64,000 nucleotides of DNA. Source: an uncultured Chloroflexia bacterium (GTDB lineage Bacteria; Chloroflexota; Limnocylindria; Limnocylindrales; CSP1-4). Under the pieces are notes generated by a model. It saw only the letters and a list, made by a program, of their open reading frames with translations, was not told the origin of the DNA and ran no database searches. The stretch covers positions 352,001 through 416,000 of the forward strand of contig CAVYBU010000007.1 in NCBI GenBank assembly GCA_963766735.1, written 5' to 3'. The position numbers were made by a program, and so were the translations under genes. Below are positions 16,331-26,424 of the stretch, piece after piece (within the stretch, counting starts at the first letter, position 1; every line of letters starts with the position of its first letter).

Positions 16331-17385
16331 GCCGGATCTCCGGCAAGGGCGGCGAGCACCTCGGCCGCGATGCGCCCTCGCTCGGCCCGCGGCAGATGGC
16401 AGCGGACGAGGTGATCGGGCTCGGTCAGGATGAGATCGGGGTTGACGCTCAGGCAGGCGCCGTCGGTGACGCGATCCGAGTACGTGCAGCGCGGCTGGAA
16501 GACGCAGCCCGGCGGCAGGTTGACTGCGGACGGCGGATTGCCGGGGATGGGGTCCAGCCGGTCGGCGCGCTCGCGGTCCATGCGGGGGACCGAGGTCAGC
16601 AGCCCAAGCGTGTAGGGCATCTCGGGGGCGTAGTAGATGCGCTCAGTTGGGCCGGCCTCGACCACGCGCCCGCCGTACATCACCACCACGTCGTCGGCGA
16701 TGTCGGCGACGATCCCGAGGTCGTGGGTGATCAGGACGACCGCGGTATCGAACTCGACCTGCAGGGTCGCGATCAGCTCGAGGATCTGCGCCTGCACGGT
16801 CACGTCGAGCGCCGTCGTGGACTCGTCCGCGATCAGGAGAGCCGGGGAGTTGATCAACGCCATCGCGATCATCACCCGCTGGCGCATGCCGCCGGAGAGC
16901 TGGTGGGGGTACTCGTCGACCCGCCGCTCGGGCGAAGGGATGCCGACGCGACGCAGCATCTCGATGGCCAGGGCGCGAGCCTCAGACTTTGAGATCTTCT
17001 GGTGGACGAGCGCCGCCTCGGTGAGCTGGGCACCAATCCGGTAGAACGGGTGCAGGCTCGACATCGGATCCTGGAAGATCATCGCCATCTTCGAGCCGCG
17101 CAGACCGCGAAGCTCCTCGTCGGGCATCGTGATGAGCTCCTCGCCGTCGAGCCACACCTCGCCGGAGACGCTCGCCGAGCCGCGATCGATGAGGCCCATG
17201 ATGGCCTGCGCGGTGACGCTCTTGCCGGAACCCGACTCCCCGACGATGGCGATCGTCCTCCCGCGCGCGACCGAGAAGGAGACGCCCTCGACCGCGTGGA
17301 CAATGCCGTCCTCGGTCGGGAACCGGACCACCAGGTCGGAGACGGAGAGATACGCCTCGGGGTTCGACCCCACGTCCTGCCTCAT
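16327..17385 (-). CDS. oligopeptide/dipeptide ABC transporter ATP-binding subunit (OppD/DppD-like)
   Basis: GESGSGKS, IFQDPMSSL, YPHQLSGGMRQR, ITHDLG. Confidence 0.93.
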   Translation of the reverse strand: MRQDVGSNPEAYLSVSDLVVRFPTEDGIVHAVEGVSFSVARGRTIAIVGESGSGKSVTAQAIMGLIDRGSASVSGEVWLDGEELITMPDEELRGLRGSKMAMIFQDPMSSLHPFYRIGAQLTEAALVHQKISKSEARALAIEMLRRVGIPSPERRVDEYPHQLSGGMRQRVMIAMALINSPALLIADESTTALDVTVQAQILELIATLQVEFDTAVVLITHDLGIVADIADDVVVMYGGRVVEAGPTERIYYAPEMPYTLGLLTSVPRMDRERADRLDPIPGNPPSAVNLPPGCVFQPRCTYSDRVTDGACLSVNPDLILTEPDHLVRCHLPRAERGRIAAEVLAALAGDPA

Positions 17386-18374
17386 GCGAGCCTGACCCTG
17401 GGATCGACGACCGCGTACAGCAGGTCGACCACCAGGTTCGCGACGATGAGGAGGGTCGCCGTCAGGAGCGTGATCCCGGCGATCACCGGGAGGTCCGAAT
17501 CGAGGATCGACCTGATGGCAAGTGAGCCGAGCCCGGGAAGGCTGAAGATGTTCTCCGAGATGATCGCGCCACCAAGCAGGTAGGCGAGGTCCAGGCCGGC
17601 CGCCGTGACGATCGGGGTCAACCCGGCCCGAAGGGCGTGGTGGACCACCACCGTGCGCTTCGGCAGGCCCTTCGCACGGGCAGTCCGCACGTAGTCCTCG
17701 CCCAGGGTTTCGAGCACCTGGTTGCGCGTGAGGCGCATGTAGAACGCCGCGTTCAGGATCGCCAGGACCATCCACGGCAGGATCATCGTCTGCAGGAATC
17801 GGACCGGATCCTCGAACGGCGATACGTACACGGGATACGGCAGCAGGCCCCATTTGAGGATCACGAAGAAGATCATCACGAGGCCGAAGAAGAACGAGGG
17901 CAGCGAGTAGCCCACCAGCGAGATCGTCATCACCAGCCGATCCAGCCATCTGCCGCGGTTGAGGGCGGCAACGATCCCCAGGGATATGCCGATGGTGATC
18001 CAGATGATGAACGCCCCGATCGCGAGCCAGAAGGTGACCGGCGCGGCCTGCGTGATCAGCGTCAGCACCTCCTCGCCGCGGTTGAACGAGTAGCCGAGGC
18101 ACGGCGCCTCGCACACGATCGGCTCGGGCGACTCCGGGGAGAAGGTGCGCCCGAAGAAGAGCCCCGACACGAACTTCGTGTACTGGGTCAGGGGCGGTTC
18201 ATCCAGGCCGAGGCGATGGCGGTTCGCCTCGATGATCGTGGGCGTGCACGCCTTGCCGCACGTCAGGCGCGCCGGATCGCCCGGCAGGATGTTGAACAGG
18301 AAGAAGACCGTGAGGGTCAGGAGGAACAGGAGCACGAACATCGAGATAACGCGGCGAACGAGATATCCCGCCAC
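17382..18374 (-). CDS. oligopeptide ABC transporter permease (OppB/DppB-like)
   Basis: LPGDPA, LGLDEP, EDYVRTARAKGL (EAA loop), ENIFSLPGLG, NLVVDLLYAVVDPRVR. Confidence 0.93.
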   Translation of the reverse strand: MAGYLVRRVISMFVLLFLLTLTVFFLFNILPGDPARLTCGKACTPTIIEANRHRLGLDEPPLTQYTKFVSGLFFGRTFSPESPEPIVCEAPCLGYSFNRGEEVLTLITQAAPVTFWLAIGAFIIWITIGISLGIVAALNRGRWLDRLVMTISLVGYSLPSFFFGLVMIFFVILKWGLLPYPVYVSPFEDPVRFLQTMILPWMVLAILNAAFYMRLTRNQVLETLGEDYVRTARAKGLPKRTVVVHHALRAGLTPIVTAAGLDLAYLLGGAIISENIFSLPGLGSLAIRSILDSDLPVIAGITLLTATLLIVANLVVDLLYAVVDPRVRLA

Positions 18375-18401
18375 TCAGATGTCCCTCCTTCGTGCAAGTA
18401 A

Positions 18402-18438
18402 CGTCCCCGGGGAGCGGCGTGGCCGCTCCCCGGGGACG
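18402..18438. terminator. perfect 17-bp hairpin between the SBP and permease genes (mRNA-stabilising or partial terminator)
   Basis: CGTCCCCGGGGAGCGGC-GTG-GCCGCTCCCCGGGGACG. Confidence 0.65.
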
Positions 18439-18463
18439 ATGGATGCTCTACTGGCTCTTGGAC

Positions 18464-20287
18464 CTACTGCTTGATGTAGATGTCGCCGTACGGATTGGAT
18501 CCGTAGGGGCCCCACATGTAGTAGCCGCCATCGGGTCCGGCGGTGGTCGCAAGCTTGGTGCCCATGAGGATCTGCTGGAGCCCGAAGAAGCTCGGGATGA
18601 CCCAGACGTTCTCCATGGTCTTGGTGTTGAGCGCCTGCCACATGGTCGCCTGCTTGGCGCGGTCGACCTCGACCTGCGCGGCCTTGACCTCTGCGTTGAA
18701 GGCGGCGTCGTCCACCTGGGACAGGTCCCAGCCACCCTCCTGGGTGAACAGCGGCGGGATGACCGTCGAGGCGTTCGGCCAGTCAGGACCCCAGCCGCCG
18801 GTGCCGAAGTCGCCGGACTGGTCGGGATTGAAGACGACGCTGTAGTACTTGCCACGCTCGATCGGGTTCGGCGTGACGGTGATCCCGGCCTTGCCAAGCG
18901 AGTCGACGATGATCGCCGCTGCCTTGTCGCCAACCGGGGTCTGCGCGTAGTCGTACTGGAGCTTGAGATCGGACTTGCCCGCCTCGGCGAGCAGCTGCTT
19001 CGCGTACTCCGGATCGCCGGTGTCCGGGATCGCCTTGCCGAGCAGGGTCTCCCACATGCCCGTCGGAGCGTAGTCCTGGCCGATGTTCGGCTTGACGGTG
19101 CCGTCGGCGTAGTCGCCGTAGAAGTCACCGCCCGCGTTCTTGCGGAGCGCGCTGCGGTCGAGGGCGACCGCCATGGCCTGGCGGACCTTGAGGTCCGGGA
19201 CCTTCTGGACGTTGATGAAGTAGTACCGGGAATAGATGTCGTAACCGCTGACAGCGCGGCCCTGGAAAGCGGGGAGCACCGTCGCGGGATCCGAGAAGAC
19301 CGTCGCGAGGTTCTCGGGCAGCATGGTGCCGTACATCAGCGCCGTCTCGTCGTTGCCCGAGCTCTGGATCATCCGCTGATCCCTGATCTCGTCGGCGACG
19401 CCGAAGTTGACTTCCCACTTGTCGGGATACGGCGTGCGGTAGGTGTCGCTGGCCGGGTCCCAGTTCTCGTTGCGAACGAGGACCATCTTGCCGCCGTTGC
19501 CGGTGGTGTAGCTCTCGATCTTGTAGGGACCCGACGAGACGGGCTTCTTGTCGTAGGACTCGCCCGTGTCGGCGGCCTTCGGCACCGGCACGAAGCCGAG
19601 CGTGACGGTGTAGTTGAAGTCGGCGATCGGCTGCTTCAGGTTGAAGGTGATCGTCTTGCCGTCGGCGGAGCAGGTGACCGCCTTGTCGAAGAGGTCCTGC
19701 CCGACGCCCGTGTAGGGCCCCTTGTAGGACGAGCTGCCGTCCTCGTCGGTCGGGATGTCGAGGTACGCGATCGCGTAGGTCGGACCCTCGCTGATGACAT
19801 CGGTCGCGAACGTGCGCGAGGTGCCGTAGGCGACATCCGCACAGGTGATCGGCGAGCCATCCTCGAAGCTGACGCCATCACGGAGCGTGAACTCCCATGT
19901 CTGGCCGCCGTTGCTCGGGGTCCCGAGATCGGTCGCGAGGTCCGGCACGAGCACCGATGCCTCGGCGTTGTCGGCCGAGTAGGTGTATGCCGTGAGCGAC
20001 CGGAAGATCGTGGCCGAGAACAGCGCCAGGTCTTCGCCGGTATAGGCGCGCTGCGGATCGACGCGGTTGAACTGCTCAGCCGAAGTGAGCAGATAGACCG
20101 TTCCACCGGGGGTCGGACCCGCGGGCGGGGCCTCGGTGGCCGGCGCGGCTGTCGCACCCGGCTCCGTTGAAGCGGCCGGTGTGGCCGGTGCATTGGTGGC
20201 GGTCGAGCCACCGCACGCCGCCACGGCCAGCGCGGCGACGACGCCCAGCGTCACGCCGCGCAGCCAGCGCGTTTCTGATCTGACCAT
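18464..20287 (-). CDS. oligopeptide ABC transporter substrate-binding lipoprotein (OppA/DppA-like)
   Basis: AVAAC lipobox, VPDLATD, WEFTLRDGVSFEDGSPIT, SSGPYKI, KVRQAM; GGAGGAGG RBS. Confidence 0.93.
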   Translation of the reverse strand: MVRSETRWLRGVTLGVVAALAVAACGGSTATNAPATPAASTEPGATAAPATEAPPAGPTPGGTVYLLTSAEQFNRVDPQRAYTGEDLALFSATIFRSLTAYTYSADNAEASVLVPDLATDLGTPSNGGQTWEFTLRDGVSFEDGSPITCADVAYGTSRTFATDVISEGPTYAIAYLDIPTDEDGSSSYKGPYTGVGQDLFDKAVTCSADGKTITFNLKQPIADFNYTVTLGFVPVPKAADTGESYDKKPVSSGPYKIESYTTGNGGKMVLVRNENWDPASDTYRTPYPDKWEVNFGVADEIRDQRMIQSSGNDETALMYGTMLPENLATVFSDPATVLPAFQGRAVSGYDIYSRYYFINVQKVPDLKVRQAMAVALDRSALRKNAGGDFYGDYADGTVKPNIGQDYAPTGMWETLLGKAIPDTGDPEYAKQLLAEAGKSDLKLQYDYAQTPVGDKAAAIIVDSLGKAGITVTPNPIERGKYYSVVFNPDQSGDFGTGGWGPDWPNASTVIPPLFTQEGGWDLSQVDDAAFNAEVKAAQVEVDRAKQATMWQALNTKTMENVWVIPSFFGLQQILMGTKLATTAGPDGGYYMWGPYGSNPYGDIYIKQ

Positions 20288-20409
20288 CTAGTTACCTCCT
20301 CCAGGTTCTTGCCGGAACGATCCGGCCCAGTTGCATGATGGTACACGTGGGGAAAGGGCGCACGCGCCCGGGAGTCGCTGCCAGGCACGGCGGTGCGCCG
20401 GCGAGCGCT

Positions 20410-21339
20410 TCAGTGAACACTCTTCGGATCCATGGCATCCCGGAGCGAGTCGCCGAACAGGTTGAACGAGACAACGAGGATGACGAGAAGGCTGCCCGGG
20501 ATGAACAGGTACGTTGGGACGACGTTGAAGTACGCCACCGAGTTGGCGAGCATCGCGCCGAACGTCGTTTCCGGCGGGATCACGCCCACTCCCAGGAACG
20601 AGAGGGCAGCCTCCAGGCCGATGTACGCGGGCAGCGTCAGCGACGCATAGACCAGGATCGGCGCCCACAGGTTCGGAAGGATCTCGGTGAACAGGATCCG
20701 GCGCTTGCTCGACCCCATGGCGACCGCGGCCTCGACGAACTCGCGTTCGCGGAAGCTGAGCACCTGGCCCCGCACGATCCGCGCGAGGTAGGGCCAGCCG
20801 AAGATGCTGATCACGAGGATCAGGTAGAGGATCCGTGACGGGTTGCCTTCAGGCACCCCCAGCGCCGTCAGACGCTGCGTGAGGACCCCGGACAGGGCCA
20901 GGATGATGAGCAGCGTGGGGAACGCGAGCACCAGGTCCATCAGGCGGCCGATGATGTTGTCGGTCTTGCCACCGGTATAGCCGGCGACGATGCCGATGAC
21001 GGTCCCGAGCGTGACGGTGATGAACGTGGCGCTGGTCGCGATCACGAGGGAGATCCGCAGGCCGTACAGGAGCTGGGCGGCGATATCCCGACCGGTGCCC
21101 CACTCGACCCCCAGCGGGTGCGAAGGGGTGATACCGCCCCAGTCCCCGTTGGGGCGTCCACCCAGGTCGCTGATCGCACCCGGGTCAAAGCGGTAGGGGT
21201 CGATATTGACCAGGCCAGCGACGAACGGCCCGAACAGGGCGATCGCGTAGTACGCCACGAGGATCGTCAAAGCACCCATCGCGACGCGATCGCGCCGGAG
21301 ACGCGCCCAGACGATCTGGCGGAGGCTTCTACCAACCAT
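20410..21339 (-). CDS. oligopeptide ABC transporter permease (OppC/DppC-like)
   Basis: HPLGVEWGTGRD, YGLRISL, REREFVEAAVAMGSS, EAALSFLGVG, FNLFGDSLRDAMDPK. Confidence 0.93.
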   Translation of the reverse strand: MVGRSLRQIVWARLRRDRVAMGALTILVAYYAIALFGPFVAGLVNIDPYRFDPGAISDLGGRPNGDWGGITPSHPLGVEWGTGRDIAAQLLYGLRISLVIATSATFITVTLGTVIGIVAGYTGGKTDNIIGRLMDLVLAFPTLLIILALSGVLTQRLTALGVPEGNPSRILYLILVISIFGWPYLARIVRGQVLSFREREFVEAAVAMGSSKRRILFTEILPNLWAPILVYASLTLPAYIGLEAALSFLGVGVIPPETTFGAMLANSVAYFNVVPTYLFIPGSLLVILVVSFNLFGDSLRDAMDPKSVH

Positions 21340-21347
21340 CGCGCCGG

Positions 21348-21375
21348 AGCATAGCGGACTTGCAACCGGTGTCAA
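21348..21375 (-). promoter_or_regulatory. sigma70 promoter TTGACA-16bp-TATGCT, leaderless start of the ABC operon
   Basis: Consensus -35 and good -10; the ATG lies 8 nt after the -10 with no RBS. Confidence 0.7.
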
Positions 21376-21471
21376 ACACGGATCCGTCGAGCACGTATGC
21401 GACAGCCGCGCGTCCCCCGAACGCCCACCTCGAACGATGGGCTCGCCGGGACGACCGGCGGCGCGGCTTGA

Positions 21472-22971
21472 TCAGTCCGGACACGGCGCGTGGGTGCCGG
21501 CCATGCCCCGCCAGCGCAGGTTCGGCTGCCGCGCGGCGGTCGCCTCGTCCAGCCGACGGACCGGGGCCGTGTGCGGGGCGCCGGTCACGGTGTCCGGCTC
21601 CGTCTCCGCCTCGCGGGCGATCTCCAGCATGGCGTCCACGAACCCGTCGAGGGTCTCGAGCGACTCGGTCTCGGTCGGCTCGATCAGCATCCCTTCCTCG
21701 ACTGTCAGCGGGAAGTAGATCGTCGGCGGGTGGTAGCCCTTGTCGATCAGCCGCTTCGCAATGTCGAGGGTGCGGACGCCCGTGCGGTGCTTGATGTCCG
21801 CGGCAGAGGCAACGAACTCGTGCTTGCACGCGCGCTCGAACGGGACGAGATACGCGGACGAGAGCCGTGCCTTGAGGTAGTTCGCGGCCAGCACGGCATC
21901 GTCGCTGACCTCGCGCAGGCCCGACGCCCCGTGGGCCCGGATGTACGCGTACGCCCGGACCAGGACGCCGGTGCTGCCGACGAAGGAGCGGATCCGCCCG
22001 ATGGACGTGGGGCGCTCCCCGTCGCGCTCGAGCCGGTAGGTGCCGCCGGGCTCGCGCAGGACGCGCGGGCTCGGCAGGAAGGGCACGAGGTTCGCCCCGA
22101 CCCCAACCGGCCCGGCACCCGGCCCGCCGCCGCCATGGGGTGTGCTGAACGTCTTGTGGACGTTGAAGTGCATGACGTCAAATCCGGCTTCGCCCGGTCG
22201 GAACCGGCCGAGGATGGCGTTCAGGTTCGCCCCGTCCATGTAGGCGAGCGCACCGGCGGCATGGGTCGCCTCGAGCAGCTCCCCGATCTGCCGCTCGAAG
22301 AGGCCGAGCGTGGACGGGTTGGTGATCATGATCGCGGCGGTCCTGGGCCCCAGGGCAGCCCTGAAGGCGTCCAGGTCCACGCCACCGTCCGACGCGGACG
22401 GGATGGTGATCGTCCGGAAGCCGGCCATCGTTGCCGTTGCCGGGTTGGTGCCGTGCGAGGAGTCCGGCACCAGAACCTCGGTGCGGTCCAGGTCCCCGCG
22501 GGACCGATGGTAGGCCCGGATCATGAGGATTCCGGTCAGCTCGCCGTGGGCCCCGGCCGCGGGCTGCAGCGTCACGGCTGCCATGCCGCTGATCTCGGCC
22601 AGCATCGCCTCCAGCTCGAACAGCAGCTCGAGCGTTCCCTGCGCCAGGGTGTCCGGCGCCATCGGGTGGAGTCCGGCGAAACCGGGCAGGCGCGCCGCCC
22701 ACTCGTTGAGCTTGGGGTTGAACTTCATCGTGCAGGAGCCCAACGGGTAGAACCCCGAGTCCACGGAGTAGTTCAGCGAGGAGAGGTTGACGTAATGACG
22801 GACGACCTCCGGCTCGGACAGCTCCGGCAGGGCGGGCGGGCTGGCGCGAAGCGCCGCGGCCGGGATCCGGTCGAGGGCATCTGCCGGCGGATGCGGGATC
22901 TTGCCGCCGCCCCGCCCGGGACGGCTGAGTTCGAACAAGGTGGGCTGCAGGCGCTCGCCGACGACGTTCAC
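21472..22971 (-). CDS. gcvPB: glycine dehydrogenase subunit 2 (canonical)
   Basis: FYPLGSCTMKFNPK, QPAAGAHGE, SHGTNPAT, YMDGANLNA, HFNVHKTFSTPHGGGGPG, PPTIYFP, IEPTETES; GTGA overlap. Confidence 0.95.
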   Translation of the reverse strand: MNVVGERLQPTLFELSRPGRGGGKIPHPPADALDRIPAAALRASPPALPELSEPEVVRHYVNLSSLNYSVDSGFYPLGSCTMKFNPKLNEWAARLPGFAGLHPMAPDTLAQGTLELLFELEAMLAEISGMAAVTLQPAAGAHGELTGILMIRAYHRSRGDLDRTEVLVPDSSHGTNPATATMAGFRTITIPSASDGGVDLDAFRAALGPRTAAIMITNPSTLGLFERQIGELLEATHAAGALAYMDGANLNAILGRFRPGEAGFDVMHFNVHKTFSTPHGGGGPGAGPVGVGANLVPFLPSPRVLREPGGTYRLERDGERPTSIGRIRSFVGSTGVLVRAYAYIRAHGASGLREVSDDAVLAANYLKARLSSAYLVPFERACKHEFVASAADIKHRTGVRTLDIAKRLIDKGYHPPTIYFPLTVEEGMLIEPTETESLETLDGFVDAMLEIAREAETEPDTVTGAPHTAPVRRLDEATAARQPNLRWRGMAGTHAPCPD

Positions 22972-24356
22972 CGGACACCTCCGGCCACCGCGGCGCCGGC
23001 CAGCTCGGCCCGGAGCGCGGTTGCGAACTGCTCGATCTCGGCGGCGGTCGTGACCTCCGTCGCGCAGACCAGGAGACCGTCTGCGAGGGCCGGCTCGTCC
23101 GGCAGGAATCGAGCCGTGGGGATCCCGGCGAGGACGCCCCGGTCCAGGAGCCCCTCGTGGACGGCCTGGGCGTTCGGGACCTGGACGACGAACTCGTTGA
23201 GGTAGGCGCCCGAGTGAAGGCGCGGCACTCCGACACCCGCCAGGGCGGCCTCCAGCTCGGCGGCCCGGGACGCCCCCGTGGCGGCCACGTCCCGCAGCCC
23301 GTGGGGGCCGATCGCGGCGAGGTAGATGGACGCCGCAAGCGCCAGGAGCGCCTGGTTGGTGCAGATGTTGCTGGCCGCCTTCTCGCGGCGGATGTCCTGC
23401 TCCCGGGCCCGCATCGTCATGACGAACGCACGCCGCCCTTCCAGGTCGGTGGTCTGACCGACAAGCCGCCCGGGGATCTGGCGCACGAGCGCGTTCGTGC
23501 AGGACACGATGCCGAGATACGGTCCCCCGTACTGGAGCGGGATGCCCAGGGGCTGGCCCTCCCCGGCCGCGATGTCCGCGCCGTACTCGCCTGGGGGTGC
23601 CAGCACGGCCAGCGAGACGGGCTCGATGACGCTGACGAAGAGGGCGCCCGCATCGTGTGCGAGCCGGCCCACCTCGGGCATGTCCTCCAGCAGCCCCAGG
23701 ACGTTGGGCTGCGCCACCACGACCCCGGCCACTGGTCGGGCCGGATCGGCCAGCAGGCGGGCAAGCGCCTCGAGGTCCGTCGTTCCCGCAAGGGGCCCGT
23801 CGGCGACCAGCGGGATCTCGTCGGCGACCAGCCCGGCACCGTCCGCGTAGGTCGCGAGGGTCCCTCGGTAGTGGGGATGTACGCCACGCGACACAAGGAT
23901 CCGCTCTCGCCGGGTCGCCCGACAGGTCATGAGCGCGGCCTCGGCCGTGGCGGCGCCGCCGTCGTAATGTGAGGCGGAGACCACATCCAGGCCCGTCAGC
24001 TCGGCAAGCAGCGACTGGTACTCGTAGATGCTCTGCAGCGTGCCCTGGCTCACCTCCGGCTGGTAGGGCGTGTAGGCCGTATACCACTCCCCGCGGAGCA
24101 GCATCTGGTCCACCACTGCGGGCGTCCAGTGACGGTAGGCGCCGGCCCCCAGGAAGCTCGCCAGGTCGACGCGGTTGCGCGCCGCCAGCGCCTCGAGCCG
24201 GGCCGAGAGCGCCAGCTCGGGCTCGGGCTCGTCAAGGGCGAGCGGGCCTGCCCGCAGCGCGTCAGGGATGTCCTCGAACAGCTCGTCAACGGAGGTGATG
24301 CCGATGGTGTCGAGCATTCGCGCCCGGTCGTCGGCAGCATGCGGGCCATACGGCAT
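22968..24356 (-). CDS. gcvPA: glycine dehydrogenase subunit 1 (canonical)
   Basis: YTAYTPYQPEVSQG, GEGQPLG..YGGPYLG, PGRLVG, REQDIRREKAASNICTNQ. Confidence 0.95.
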   Translation of the reverse strand: MPYGPHAADDRARMLDTIGITSVDELFEDIPDALRAGPLALDEPEPELALSARLEALAARNRVDLASFLGAGAYRHWTPAVVDQMLLRGEWYTAYTPYQPEVSQGTLQSIYEYQSLLAELTGLDVVSASHYDGGAATAEAALMTCRATRRERILVSRGVHPHYRGTLATYADGAGLVADEIPLVADGPLAGTTDLEALARLLADPARPVAGVVVAQPNVLGLLEDMPEVGRLAHDAGALFVSVIEPVSLAVLAPPGEYGADIAAGEGQPLGIPLQYGGPYLGIVSCTNALVRQIPGRLVGQTTDLEGRRAFVMTMRAREQDIRREKAASNICTNQALLALAASIYLAAIGPHGLRDVAATGASRAAELEAALAGVGVPRLHSGAYLNEFVVQVPNAQAVHEGLLDRGVLAGIPTARFLPDEPALADGLLVCATEVTTAAEIEQFATALRAELAGAAVAGGVR

Positions 24357-24360
24357 GCGA

Positions 24361-24741
24361 TCAGCCCTCGGCGATCAGCTGCTCGTACGCGGCGGCGTCG
24401 AGCAGGGAATCCAGCTGGGACGCGTCGGCCAGCCGCACGCGCACCAGCCATCCCTCGCCATACGGGTCCGTGTTGACGACCTCGGGCGTACCGCCCAGGT
24501 TGTCGTTACCGGCGGTCACCTCGCCGGAGACGGGCGCGAACAGGTCGCTGACTGCCTTCACGGACTCCACCACTCCGAAGGTGGCGGCCTGCTCGAGAGC
24601 CCGGCCAGTGTCCGGCAGCTCGACGAAGACGATGTCGCCCAGCTGGTCCGCCGCGTACTGGGTGATGCCGATGACGGCCTCCTCACCCTCGACGCGGATC
24701 CATTCGTGTTCCTTGGTGTAGCGCAGGTCGCCGGGGACCAT
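24361..24741 (-). CDS. gcvH: glycine cleavage system H protein
   Basis: YTKEHEW, GITQYAADQLGDIVFV, VESVKAVSD (lipoyl Lys), NTDPYGEGW. Confidence 0.97.
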   Translation of the reverse strand: MVPGDLRYTKEHEWIRVEGEEAVIGITQYAADQLGDIVFVELPDTGRALEQAATFGVVESVKAVSDLFAPVSGEVTAGNDNLGGTPEVVNTDPYGEGWLVRVRLADASQLDSLLDAAAYEQLIAEG

Positions 24742-24835
24742 CGGGCAGGTTCCTCCGTGGTGTACCGCGGCGGGAGCCGCGGGCTGGCGCGTGGACGTGG
24801 GTGCGAGGCGGGCGGGTCATCGGGCCCATCCGACG

Positions 24836-25945
24836 TCAGGCGGGCCGCTTGTAGAACGGAAGTGGTACGACCTCGGCGGCGACGCGGGCACCCCGGATCT
24901 CGATTGCCAGCATCGTACCGGGTTCCACATGGGCGGGGGCGACATAGGCCATCGCGATCGCCGACCCGAGCGTGGGCGACATCGTGCCGGAGGTGACGAC
25001 CCCGGTCGTGCCGGCGTCATCCAGCACGGGATACCCGTGGCGGGCGATGCCCCGCTCGCGCAGGACGAGGCCGACCAGCCGTCGACCGACGCCGTCGCGC
25101 GCCACGGCCTCGAGCGCGGCGCGACCCGTGAAGTCGCCCGGCTTGCCCAGCTTGACGACACGGCCCAGGCCGGCCTCGAAGGGGTTGGTCGTGCGGTCCA
25201 GCTCGTTGCCGTAGAGCGGCATGCCGGCCTCCAGGCGGAGCGTGTCGCGGGCGCCGAGACCCACTGGTACCAGTCCGTGTGGACGGCCGGCCTCGAGCAT
25301 GGCGTCCCAGACGGCACCCGCCTGGCCGGCGTCCACGAAGGCCTCGAAGCCGTCCTCCCCGGTGTACCCGGTGCGCGCGACCAGCGCGCGCACGCCGGCG
25401 ACGGTCCCCTCCGCGATCCCGTAGTAGCGGACGGCATCGAGGTCAAGGTCCGTGAGCGACCCGAGGACCTCCTGCGAACGCGGGCCCTGGACCGCCACCA
25501 GGCCAGTCGCCAGCGAGCGGTCGTCCAGGACCACGCGGAACCCGTCGAGGCGCTCGACGAGCGCATCGGACACGACCCGGTAGTTGGAGGCGTTGGCCAC
25601 CACCATGAACCGGTCCTCGGCCAGCCGGTAGACGATGAGGTCGTCCAGGATCCCGCCGTCGGAGGCGCAGATCATCGAGTAGTGGGCACGGCCCACCTCC
25701 AGCGCCGGCGGGTCCGTCACCAGCGCCGCCGCCAGCGCGGCGCCCGCCTCGGGACCCTCCACGAACAGCTCGCCCATGTGCGAGAGGTCGAACAGACCGG
25801 CGGCGGCGCGAACGGCCCGATGCTCCTCGAGGATGCCGGTGTACTGGATCGGCATCAGCCAGCCGGCGAACTCCACCACCTTGGCGCCCAGCGCCTCATG
25901 GCGATCGAGAAGCGGCGTGGCCAGCGGATCGGCGGGTTTGGTCAT
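24836..25945 (-). CDS. gcvT: aminomethyltransferase (T protein)
   Basis: FAGWLMPIQY, GLFDLSHMG, RTGYTGEDGFE, GLGARDTLRLEAG, VTSGTMSPTL. Confidence 0.97.
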   Translation of the reverse strand: MTKPADPLATPLLDRHEALGAKVVEFAGWLMPIQYTGILEEHRAVRAAAGLFDLSHMGELFVEGPEAGAALAAALVTDPPALEVGRAHYSMICASDGGILDDLIVYRLAEDRFMVVANASNYRVVSDALVERLDGFRVVLDDRSLATGLVAVQGPRSQEVLGSLTDLDLDAVRYYGIAEGTVAGVRALVARTGYTGEDGFEAFVDAGQAGAVWDAMLEAGRPHGLVPVGLGARDTLRLEAGMPLYGNELDRTTNPFEAGLGRVVKLGKPGDFTGRAALEAVARDGVGRRLVGLVLRERGIARHGYPVLDDAGTTGVVTSGTMSPTLGSAIAMAYVAPAHVEPGTMLAIEIRGARVAAEVVPLPFYKRPA

Positions 25946-26424
25946 GGTTCGGTCTGCCTCGTGGTGGAGCCCGCTCCGGGGAAGGTGCCGTCGGTGGCCG
26001 CCGTGGCGGCCCGGGCGACCAGCGCCCGCTCCGTCTCGAACGTCAGCATCGTGGCGGCCTCGTCGAACCCGATCCAGCGAACCTCGTCGAACTCGTGGTC
26101 ATGGCGCGCGAGGTCTCCGCCGGTGGGGACCATCAGGAAGTAGTGGACCGTCTTGTGGATGCGCGTGCGGCCCTGCACGAACGTGTAGGCGATCGAATCG
26201 AACGGGCGGACGATGCCGACCTCGAGGCCCGATTCCTCCGTCACCTCCCGGAGCGCGGTCTCCTCGGTGGTCTCACCGGGATGCGGCGTTCCCTTGGGAA
26301 GGGTCCAGGTGACCCCATCGCGCTCACGGAGACGCTTGCCGACGACAAGCTGGGGGCCGGCCCCATCGAAGCGGATGACGATGCCGCCGGCGGAGGTGGC
26401 TGTTGCCTGTCTCAGGCGGGCCAC
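25942..26424 (-). CDS. NUDIX hydrolase
   Basis: SAGGIV...WTLPKG; Nudix box GTPHPGETTEETALREVTEESGL; ATGA-coupled to gcvT. Confidence 0.88.
   Translation of the reverse strand: MARLRQATATSAGGIVIRFDGAGPQLVVGKRLRERDGVTWTLPKGTPHPGETTEETALREVTEESGLEVGIVRPFDSIAYTFVQGRTRIHKTVHYFLMVPTGGDLARHDHEFDEVRWIGFDEAATMLTFETERALVARAATAATDGTFPGAGSTTRQTEP

Noticed and set aside
16815-16830. DESTT instead of DEPTT after Walker B in the OppD-like ATPase
   Set aside because: Catalytic Asp-Glu and the D-loop are intact; a single substitution is not evidence of changed function.
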